From positions 3,848,123-3,912,122 of the forward strand of contig NW_002060944.1 of the NCBI RefSeq assembly GCF_000150275.1: DNA of 64,000 bases, read 5' to 3'. The stretch is from Trichoplax adhaerens. Taxonomy: Eukaryota > Animalia > Placozoa. This document shows positions 40,499-51,288 of this stretch, piece after piece. Every line of letters begins with the position of its first letter. The stretch's first letter is position 1. The translations under genes were made by a program, and so were the position numbers. Under the pieces are notes generated by a model. The model saw nothing but the letters and a program-made list of their open reading frames with translations, did not search any database and had not been told where the DNA came from.

Positions 40499-42526
40499 AT
40501 GTCTCCATCAAGGTTACTCCTAAAAGAAACTATGCTTATACGTAAAAGTAGTAGACGCCACTGCTACTTTCTAATCAACTGGTTATTGTCATTTACTGTG
40601 ATAATCCTTCTTAGTATCAATTTATATGTTACACTTTATGGCAGTCCATTTAAAGCGTCCGACGGTAGTGGCAAATTTCCTATCGATGACAATATCAACT
40701 TAAAAGTAACAACCCAACCAGTACAAAGCAAAAGTTTAATTAGTCCTTCTAAGAGGACGAATAATCACAACCAGAAAAATCCTCACCCTTCAACGGTACA
40801 TTCTTGCAATATCCCTTATGAATGTAAAGATAATGATTTAGCATTAAGTATAACATCAGGTCCTCGTCATGATTCTGCTCGTATTTGCGTTAATGGTAAA
40901 TATTACATCGATGCAAAATCGTCTACTCGCGGTTTTAACGTAGTTGTTATCAATCCTGCCACAAAGTTAGTCGTTGATTCACTTGCATTCGATATTTATG
41001 CTGGTCAAAGTGGTGCGCTAGTTGATTACATCAACAAAGTCACTCCTGGACATTTTCTTGCAATGGCTACGGCCGATGATGCTTTCTTTCGTATATCTGA
41101 AGAGGTAAAACATGCAATCGAGCAGCTTGGCAGTGTCACTATTCACACATTGAATTTTAGAAGTAGCTGGGTATTTGTAGGAAGGAAAGGAAGTAAGGGC
41201 GCTACGCTGTTAGAAGAGATCTCTCATGGACTTCGGTATAGGTCTGGAGGTCCTAAAAGCATTGCAACTTGTATACCTATTGATATTGATATGAAAATGA
41301 CCAATATATCATTTTTTTGCGAGAATCATTCAGAGTTTGATGTACTTTGTAAAAAGAAAACTGTTTTCATACCGCCCAGAATAGGAACTGGTCCAGTCAA
41401 AGCTTCAGCTAAGCCAGCGTATAAATTACCAATTGCTATTATCGCTGGAAATCGCCCTTTTTACTTACAAAGGTGTCTTGAATCGTTACTTCGCGTGCCT
41501 AATATCGATCGTTCCCTTATTACAATCTTCCTCGATGGCTTTGTAAGGACACCGGCATGGATAGCAAATTTATACGGAATTCGTGTCATTGTATATCCAA
41601 AATCGACGACCACTTCCAAAAAATCGTTGAAATTACGCAAATTCGATCAGATAGCGGTACATTATCGAAGAAGTCTGGGAACACTATGGGACATTTACCC
41701 ACAAAAATCATCGACAATTATTTTAGAGGAGGACTTGGTTGTTTCACCGGACATTCTGGATTACTTCTCTGAAAGTTTACCTTGCTTGAAGGCTGATAAT
41801 AGTATCTTAACCATTTCTGCATGGAATCCTAATGGCTATCGAAGTTCTTCTTTTAATACATCTCTTTTGTATCGATCAGATTTTTTTTCGGGAATGGGAT
41901 GGATTTTAACGCGAAAATTATGGAATGAAATAGCTCCAAAATGGCCTTCCTGTTGTCGTGGAGTAAATTGGGACGACTGGCTGAGATTAAGCCAGCAACG
42001 CCGTGGTCGCGATACAATTTATCCTGACGTGTCACGTATCTATCATATTGGAGCTGAAGGAGTAAATAATGAGAATTTTCACAAACTACATTATAAGAAT
42101 CAAATTTTGAATACGATAATAGGCGCAAAGCTACGGAATGTAAATAGTGTTATAAAGGCAGAATATGACAAGGAAATAGAACGTATACTCAAGATTGCTA
42201 CACCTATTCGGTATAGCAGAAGTAAGAAGAAAAATGTTTGTGGTCCAAGCATGATACCCAACACGTCTGGGAAAAATTATGCAATCTATTTCTATCAAAG
42301 CTCGCTTAATGACTATAAGTTTGGAAAGGAGTTGTGCGCTTGTTTTCAATTATGGGACTCAGGTGGAATACGTGGATTGTATAGTGGCATCTTTCGTTTT
42401 TATAATAAAAAAAATCATGTTATCGCGGTTGGAAGCCTTAGTAAATTTGCTAAACGCTTTATGCCCAAAAGATACTCAAGTGATTGGTTGTCTGAAACTG
42501 CCACTAAAAGTAAAAAGCCATCGTAA
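40499..42526 (+). CDS. POMGNT1-like glycosyltransferase (type II TM, ILEI/GG-lectin stem, GT13 catalytic domain), single coding exon, 675 aa
   Basis: TM WLLSFTVIILLSINLYVTLY. Stem motifs RGFNVVVINP...FDIY, ATADDA and LNFRSSWVFVG. Catalytic motifs PIAIIAGNRPFYL, IILEEDLVVSPD, ISAWN, GMGW and WDDWLR...IYPDVSRIYHIG. Orthology to POMGNT1 versus a paralog is not established. Confidence 0.88.
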   Translation: MSPSRLLLKETMLIRKSSRRHCYFLINWLLSFTVIILLSINLYVTLYGSPFKASDGSGKFPIDDNINLKVTTQPVQSKSLISPSKRTNNHNQKNPHPSTVHSCNIPYECKDNDLALSITSGPRHDSARICVNGKYYIDAKSSTRGFNVVVINPATKLVVDSLAFDIYAGQSGALVDYINKVTPGHFLAMATADDAFFRISEEVKHAIEQLGSVTIHTLNFRSSWVFVGRKGSKGATLLEEISHGLRYRSGGPKSIATCIPIDIDMKMTNISFFCENHSEFDVLCKKKTVFIPPRIGTGPVKASAKPAYKLPIAIIAGNRPFYLQRCLESLLRVPNIDRSLITIFLDGFVRTPAWIANLYGIRVIVYPKSTTTSKKSLKLRKFDQIAVHYRRSLGTLWDIYPQKSSTIILEEDLVVSPDILDYFSESLPCLKADNSILTISAWNPNGYRSSSFNTSLLYRSDFFSGMGWILTRKLWNEIAPKWPSCCRGVNWDDWLRLSQQRRGRDTIYPDVSRIYHIGAEGVNNENFHKLHYKNQILNTIIGAKLRNVNSVIKAEYDKEIERILKIATPIRYSRSKKKNVCGPSMIPNTSGKNYAIYFYQSSLNDYKFGKELCACFQLWDSGGIRGLYSGIFRFYNKKNHVIAVGSLSKFAKRFMPKRYSSDWLSETATKSKKPS

Positions 42527-44277
42527 GATTCTGCCAGGACATAAGCAAACCAAACGAATATGCGACAATACTGTACATAAATGAGATTTCTAGTATCTAC
42601 AGTAGAGTAATGTACTGTACAACGGGATCGCTAGTGTACAGCAAACCTTAATTTACATCGATTTCAAACTGTTACTGCAATTCTTCCACTGAGGTATCTA
42701 TCTATTCTTATTTCGACTAGGAAGAACTATCTACATTGTTATTGCAATCATGCTTTAAGAAATTGACAATGTTTTCCCTGCTTTACATGTATACTTATAC
42801 TTACCCATACTAGTATATATTACGTAAAATGGCGCATTACGAATGCGAGTATTAAGATGATTAAATTGTAAATCAGTCAAGAAAAATTATGACCTATATA
42901 ACTGTCACTTTCGACGATATGATCCTAAATATAAAACACCTAGTAACATGTAATTTTATAATCATATTTATTTGGATTACATCACATCAATAATAAAATT
43001 TTGTCATGGCTACACACTACACAGTGTATAGTTAGGTTATGTTTGAAAATTCAATTCAGTAAAGCAACTATTGATTATACGCGTACTTCATGTTTATACG
43101 ATTACATTCGACATCCTAACTTAACGAAACATATTGACTTATCGTATGTTAAATGTAAGCATAACGCTAATCGTATAGTTAGCAATGTTGGTATACAGCA
43201 CAAAAAGTGCGTATGATGAAATGTAGCCTATGCTTTCCATTCGCAAGGATTTTAGTATTGCCTATTTGGACACTAATATACTACTCAGTGCAGCGCTGCT
43301 CTTAGCCCACTTTACAATATTTTACACTTGGAAATTTAATAGATCACTAAAATAATTGAATAATAACACCACTCGTTGTTTGCATGCACACAATACTGAA
43401 GTGTAATTATTAATTCATTTTAATTAATTATAGATGCTTTTGCAATTCGAAATAGATAAAGACTCTCCAATAGTTCACATATTACAGCAAAACAACATAT
43501 ATATATATAATTAATATAATTATTCAGGCTTGCATAGGTACCATAAATAAGTGTACTATTACTAAAGTCTACAGACAATATTGACGTATAAGAATAAACC
43601 TCAAAAGCGAAGAGGAAGTAGACAGTACGGGTATATTTACTGTAGTTAAGGATTACTGGGCTACAAATATCTTAGTTTATACCGTCATTAAAGTACTGGT
43701 TGTTCTTTCAAGCCCAAAAGTAATCTTACTCGCTTTCGGTTTATGGAAGGATGCAGGATAGCAGGTCTGGATAATAAGAATTTTCGCCTTGCCAAATTGC
43801 CTTCTGCTAGGCCACCATTGCATATCGTCCATTAGAGGACTGTTGTAGTGTATATTGTACTAGACATTCGAAGTATCTACAGTATATATACGCAAACAAT
43901 AGTACTATGCCCTATAGTAACCATATAACAATAACCTACACCATGCTGTTGGATTCTACACTACTGCTGTATGTATTAACGATATCAAGAGTATCCGATC
44001 TCGGCTTTCAGTTTCTCCTACAACGCCTTTGCAACCTGTACCTAGGCAGGTGCTTTCTTACTTCCTGTAGCGCCTTTGCAAATATTGTACTTTAATCCTT
44101 AAAATAACAGTTGCAGATTTGAAGTCTTACTACCCGCTCAAGAAGACTGTTTGCATTGCAGCCTTCACACGTTACCGTGTATAGTTACAGTTTAGACGTG
44201 GATTACTTGTACTCTCTATCTTGTATACAGTATAGGCAGGCATTTGTAGTAAAGTCGATCATAGACGCCCAACTTAT

Positions 44278-47200
44278 ATGCTAATACAGCGTTATTGCTT
44301 TCGTCGACACTTTAGTGTGCAGCAGAAAATCATGACAAGTCCAGCATCTGGTACTGCTTGTTCGTCCGCTATTTCTCGAGCTCTTAGTTTTAAATTAGTA
44401 GCTGAATGTTCTACTAGTAAAGCAAGAGCATGCTTAATAACGCTGCCAAAGTGTAGTGTGGAGAGCCCAGTTTTCATGCCGGTGGGTACTAAAGGAACAA
44501 TGAAGGGATTAACATCCAAACAGTTAGAGGACATTGGCTTTCAAATCATTTTAGGAAACACCTACCATTTAGGAACTAATCCGGTTAGCATCATTGAAAA
44601 CCACGGATGTGATCATATTGCATAGACGAATTGAAATCTACTGTATAAATAGCATTAATGCACGGGAAAATCCAATTTTGCATACATAGGGACCTGAATT
44701 AATGGAAAAGGCCAACGGATTGCATGATTTCATGAACTGGAAACGATCTATTTTAACTGTAAGGCATTTTTTGATAGAGATTAGATGCTACGTAATAGTT
44801 GGTATATATACTGTACTTCTTTTATCTTTGTTCAATATGCGTTTATCATTTAGCTACTAATATTGCCCTACGTATTTGATTTGTGGATTAATAATCGTAA
44901 CTGACACTGTTATGGGTGTGTGAGAATGTGAGATACTTCAAATATGTCTTCATTATAATACGCAATCTAGATCACAAATTGGAACAGTTCTCGTTGTACC
45001 AACTAATGCTCGCCTTATTCGCGACATACCACGCGCTTCTTAGCTTACTGATAATTAATAGATACGATTTGAAGAATCCTTACTGTAACTGTAAAATGGC
45101 GACAGTACTGATCAAATATTATTTACCTACAGGATCATCAAATATCATGATATTAACGTTTAATGTTTTGCTACTATCCTCTAACCCTTACCATTGTACC
45201 ATTTAATCGTGTCTGGTATCTTTTGGATAGGACAGTGGTGGCTATCAGATGGTATCGCTGCTAGATTTAGCTGAAATAACTGAGGTGAGAATTGATAAAT
45301 GAATGATAATGAGATGTTACGAATCTAACTAGTAGGAGTCGTGACAATTTAAGAGACCTGTAGTGCCATCATTTTAAGTAAACGCTATAAAATAATTATA
45401 AATTATTATATATTGTAATTTCTGCCATTTTTCTATTGATTTCTAACGATTAGGAGGGAGTCAAATTTGCATCACCATATTCCGATGACATGTTACTATT
45501 AACACCAGAAAGATCAATTGAAATCCAGAACTCGATAGGCGCTGATATCATCATGCAATTAGATGATGTTGTTGCGAGTACTACTGAAGGACCAAGAGTT
45601 GAAGAAGCCATGCATAGGTTGGAAATAACATGTATTATATTTATTATTATCAAAAAGTGATGTTGGTTATTATAAGAGTTGTGCTATAGTATGTTTGATT
45701 AAAACTACAAATTACCGATCGTATCATCGCATATTTACACACAGTTTAAATCTATGATAATAATTCAGACAGCCCTAATTATACACTTGAAAATTTTTCT
45801 GGCTTAGTACATTATTGACATCTATAATAATACAATTATCGATAAAGGAAATTCCTTTTAATAAATTCTTAGATTTATAGAGAGAATGTTACCGTTTAAT
45901 ATAGTATACATACTATTTATTAGTACATTTTTGATCTGAATTTAGGACAATTCGATGGCTGGATCGATGCATAACAGCACATAAAAATATGCATTGCCAA
46001 AATTTATTCTGTATTGTACAGGGTGGGCTAGATATGGATCTTAGACGCAAGTGTGTTGAAGGTTAGTTTTGGTTTTAATTTCAATGTGATCATTGAAGTG
46101 TATTTATGTGATGTTAGGGCATTGAATAATTTCATCGATAATCTTATGTTTACTAAGTTTGTACTTTTCCATTAGAAATTGTTAAACGAGATACACCTGG
46201 TATTGCTATTGGAGGTTTAAGTGGTGGTGAAGACAAACAAGTATTTTGGAAAGTTGTTGACTTATGTACTAGTTTGTTACCTAAAAATAAACCGCGATAC
46301 TTAATGGGAGTAGGGTGAGAAATGCAGATCAGTTTAAATCCTTTATTATTATATTGTATTTGAATATATCAGAACTATGGTAATACTAGGAAAACAAATA
46401 TGATATAGACCTATCCTCTGACATTAGATACGCCGTAGATCTAGTGGTATGCTCAGCTTTGGGTGTCGATATGTATGATTGTGTATATCCAACAAGAACG
46501 GCAGTAAGTTATTTATAAGTTTAGTCAAAGCTGAATATTTTCACGTTATTCTCACGATAAATATTATCGATACAATGTTATTTTGCAGAGATTTGGTACA
46601 GCTCTTGTACCATGGGGACAGTTACGATTAAAGCAAAGTCAATATTCCATGGACTTTGACCCTATCGATAAAAATTGTCCATGCCTAACATGCAAGACGT
46701 ATACCAGAGCTTATTTAAATTCAATAATTAAGCAGGAAACAGTTGCTTGCCATTTATTATCCATTCACAACTTAACCTATCAGGTGAAAGCCTAGTAATA
46801 TTATCATCATATTTCAACTAGATTAATTTCAGTAATGTGTTATCGCTAAAGATGTATTAGTTAACAACAAAAGTAATTAAACTGTTGGCGTATAGTATAC
46901 ATTACAGTTTATAGCGAAGGCAATATTGCAAGGAATAAAACCTATTTAAGCTACATTAACAATTTGAGCGAGATCTTGATGATGGAACATCATGCATCAT
47001 GATCACCATATAATTAATTCATTCATATCAGCTTCAGCTGTATAATAGTAAATTGTGCATTGGTATCTTTTTCCGTTCACTAAGCCGTGCAGTATCAATA
47101 GGTCATACTCATAAATAAGTAGATTGAATAATTAAGTTATAACGAAAATGAATTTTTTATATCTATTGCGCTGATTTTAAAACTCTTACAAAAATAGACT

Positions 47201-47388
47201 TTGGCAGTATTTGTATACACTAAACTTTATTTCTATTTCAGAAACAATTAATGGAGTCAATAAGAAAGAATATTATACAAAATACGTTCCCTCAATTTGT
47301 TAAAGACTTTATGAAGGAAATGTTTCCAGATGGCAACTATCCACAGTGGGCAGTAGATGCTCTAGCATCAGTTAATATACAATTGTAA
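44278..47388 (+). CDS. QTRT1: Queuine tRNA-ribosyltransferase catalytic subunit 1, 9 exons
   Basis: [85 protein letters not shown], Zn site CPCLTC...HNL and C-terminal YPQWAVDAL. The start is either 44278 or 44332. Confidence 0.97.
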
Positions 47389-48258
47389 AGATGCACAAAG
47401 ATGATAAAATTTTCCCATTTTTTATTCAATTTGAACAGAACAATTTCAAACTAGTTTCTACGATAATATAATCGTAGCAATTTTACATGGAATATGCGAT
47501 GAAAAAGCCAGAGATATTCGAATGCAGTCTAACATAGCCTAATTTTAATTACATGATTTACAGTTAGCTTCTTTGTTAAAGTACACGTACGGTATGTACG
47601 GCAGCGTAAAAATGGACTTGGTTCACAGCACTATGTACATTATATCTTATTCGCTTCAATAGCGAAAATTTTCGTTATAAAATGTAATTAATCAATTTAT
47701 ACTTTCATAACCAAAGCAGATTGGAAACAATGGAACCCTGACTGCTTTTTAAATAACATTACGCTTATTGCAGTATACGTGTATACTATGTACTATGAAG
47801 AGAAATAAAATGTTATTTGCAATGATTTTACAGCGGCTCAAACGTTCATTGTGCAATCTGACAACTTTGCAAATAAGATCTTACATCTGATAGGAGAGGA
47901 GTATCACTTGTAGTAACAGCAAGCTTTATTTTCGATAACTACGAAATCGTCATACAAAGAGTTCGATTTACGGTACTCTACATTACTATTTTCACGAATA
48001 ATTATCATTTGTTACTAGATGACTGAAAAATTGCAACGATTGTTAGGCTAAGATTGCCATCAATATTTTCTGTCGTTGTGTTCTAGCTACAGCGGAGCTC
48101 ATGGGCATTTTCAGCAACTGTCCATTATCGACTAGTTTTTGTTGATTCAAGTCTGTAAAAAATGCACAGCACCAGGGCTATCCGGCTGCAATGATTACTG
48201 TCAAAGATACAAGATACAGTAGATGTAGGCCCCCTAGTCCACGTACTCGTATAGTTGA

Positions 48259-48900
48259 TTAGAAGCGGTCATTATTAAATGATTGCTTTAGAATTCGCTT
48301 TTCTTCTTCCACATAGCTCTTTCCTCTAGCAGATTGTCCAAGATCTCTTTTTCTTTTTTCTCTTTGACGATAAGTTATCGCTGCATCAGAAGTTTTTCTC
48401 TTGGTTGGAAATTTATCATGGGCGATATTGGATGTTGTTGGTTGATTTTCCATCATTTTCGAGCTCTCCTTATCAAGGTCATTTTCCGTCGTTTCTGCAT
48501 TGCTTGATGGATCATTGGTTTCGGAATACTTTACGGGAGCTGCAGAGACTACGTTAGGATTACTTGACATTGGCCCACTAATAGTAGGTACTTTTTTATG
48601 CATAGCTTTGGCACTACTGAATACTTGATCACTAACTATTTCCCAATTGATTATATTATAATAGTCATCATCATCATTGCGATAAAATGATGGTCTGGTT
48701 TTTTTAGATAAGATGGCTTCTGGATCTGGTAGGACTATCCCTTTAGCAGTTTTATTGATCGATGCGTTATCCTCAGTAGTAGTAGTCACAGTCGATTGGC
48801 CAGGCTGAGATTTGATATTTTCATCATCACTATCAGAGCTGCTGGTGTCGTCATTTGCAAGAAATGACAGTGGATCGGAAGCTGGATTACTAGCGGACAT
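48259..48900 (-). CDS. C1orf52: UPF0690/C1orf52-like (DUF4660) protein, 213 aa
   Basis: N-terminal DPLSFLA...SSSDSDDE and LPDPEAILSKKTRPSFY...INWE match the recalled C1orf52 pattern (DPLSYFA...SSDEE, LPGPDELF...RPAF...IDWE). Confidence 0.75.
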   Translation of the reverse strand: MSASNPASDPLSFLANDDTSSSDSDDENIKSQPGQSTVTTTTEDNASINKTAKGIVLPDPEAILSKKTRPSFYRNDDDDYYNIINWEIVSDQVFSSAKAMHKKVPTISGPMSSNPNVVSAAPVKYSETNDPSSNAETTENDLDKESSKMMENQPTTSNIAHDKFPTKRKTSDAAITYRQREKRKRDLGQSARGKSYVEEEKRILKQSFNNDRF

Positions 48901-49439
48901 GTTGGCTTGAGGTCATGAATTGAATATCAGAGTACTCGTATTCTACTGGTAAATATTACTAACGGAGGTAATGATGCTAGCAATCAAGTACACCATCTAC
49001 TAGAGGACACGTTTTCAGATCACACGCTGAATTAATTATAAATATGGCAGTACCCTTATCATCTGAAATTATTCTTATAGAAGACTAACGATAGTTAGGG
49101 AGCTACCAGTTTTGGATTTCAAATGAGCGGGCTGATTCTGATCGATAGTCATCGACGATCTATGCAGTTCCACTATTGCTATAGCTACCCGATGGTGAGA
49201 TTTGGAGTTACTGAACACTACTGCGCATGTGGATTTTCATCTGAAGTACAGTGTCCACTTTGTATATAGCGTCTCGCGTACTTTAATTGATAATTACCAT
49301 GAAAGTAAACGTTATAGATGCATTTTAATGACAGATTCGAGTGAATGAACTCTTTCTCTATCGACTGATATGAAATTGATTCAAAAAACCACAACAATTT
49401 TATCCATTTTTTGGCAGAAAAATGATCGAAATTAGCCCT

Positions 49440-50062
49440 TCCACCGTTTACAGTGTACAGTATACAGTGTAGTGTATCGCAGTTTCAGCACGGTCTACTG
49501 TACAGTGTACTGTACTGTACTGTACGGTACATACAGTACTGTACAGTACTGTATTGTACAGTATGTACTGTACCGTACTGTAGATTGGATATTACGAGGA
49601 TGAATTGAATGCTTTGTTGCGTTCAATCTTCTACAACGTTGTCGTAACATGGCTCATGCTGTACAGTAATATCGTAGCTTATTGCCTTGCATTGTACTGA
49701 ATGTGCTATAGCAGTTTCAGCCATACTGTTAAGCAGTAAAATAAAAATGAATTACTAGATGCCTTATTAGACTACTGCAAACGACAAGTTCTCAGGCGTG
49801 TCGAGCGTATTGTACTGTACAGTACAGTGTACAGTACACTGCTTACAATATGCACTGTAGCGTACGTATTGTACACTGTACCGTACTGTACTGTACGTTC
49901 CACCTTTGATGGTGATTCGGCCTGGGAATAGTCCGGTTCGGCCTGGGAATAGTCCGGTTCGGTCCGGTTCGAACCGTTATGATCTACAGTATATCTCTAG
50001 AATGGCTGGGCCCTTACTTGGACCGTGACATACTGTATTGTACTGTACCGTACTGTACCGTT
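49440..50062. repeat. ACAGT/ACTGT-rich blocks in the divergent C1orf52-PINK1 intergenic region
   Basis: Dense pentamer runs at about 49450-49582, 49810-49897 and 50030-50060. Confidence 0.85.
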
Positions 50063-51288
50063 TACTAGCCTACCTGCCAGCTTTTACTATGACATCATGT
50101 TTTCCTGACGGTCATAAACATCAACATTTTCAAGCAGCCAAGTTGACTGCCATCTTCTCCTTATATCGATCTCGTGGACCTTCTTTCGATCCTTCTTTCA
50201 ACACCAATTCAGTAGGAGAATCTCCATCTTCAGTATCGTTGAGGTAGATTGTTTCAAGTCATTCGAGTCCTCTAAAGTTTCTGTGCGCCAACACGATCAA
50301 AGCGATTATTGGCCCACCAAATTTCAAGGTACAGTCAACAGTTTTCATTGCATGCTTTACATGGACTTGAGAAGCGCAAAACATGGAGTATGTTGTAGCA
50401 ACGGTCGATCATATCCATCAGTTGTAGGCAAGGAGTATACGTATACAGTGCACTCGTAAGCTTGAAAATATTCTCTATCCAAGTAAAATACATGCAGTGT
50501 AGTTTAGTGGATAAAAGGTCAATCAATCAGTCTATCTTTTCATTCAAATCATTACCTTGGATAAAATAGCTTTACCAACGCTCGACTTTTGCGGTAGCAT
50601 CATGAATCCAGATGTATTGAAAAAGGATAACGAGAAGTTACTTTCAATCACTTGAAAGACATATAGGAGAAATCGTGAATGAATTGACAATGATTTCTTC
50701 TTATTTCGGAATAGAAATATTGGCATTCCAAGCGGCAATCGTCATCAAACACTGCATAGTCCTTCTTGGACGATCAACCACCCATACATACGTCATTCTA
50801 CGCGTATTGGATCAAAACGAACCGCTGTCAAGATCAGACGATGAAATTGTCCTAATCTAACGGTAACAGTGGAAGTAACATTATTAATCGCTTTTTAGTA
50901 TCTTTCTGTTGGAAACTGTTAAAACTGATAAGGTACCTTAATATTCATAGCAAGGGTCTAACATTGAAGTGATATCCTTGGCCATAAGTTAGACTTTTGA
51001 ATATCTGCCTACTTATTTACAGTTAATGAATGTATTCTAATTAATTATACTTATACGCTGTAGTAATGTGATAGCATTGCATAAAATCATACTGACTGCA
51101 CGTTTCTTTATTATGTAGCCAAAGCATGCATGCTTTAGGCTATTGTATTGAAGCCTTAGTAGACTTTGCAATAGAAATTTAAACCTTTACCAAGTAGTAT
51201 GACTAGAATATAAAGATGGTTATTATTGACTAATTGACTCCTTCTCTCTGATAACGATGAATCGAAATGCAGTTCAAGATATCTGGAT

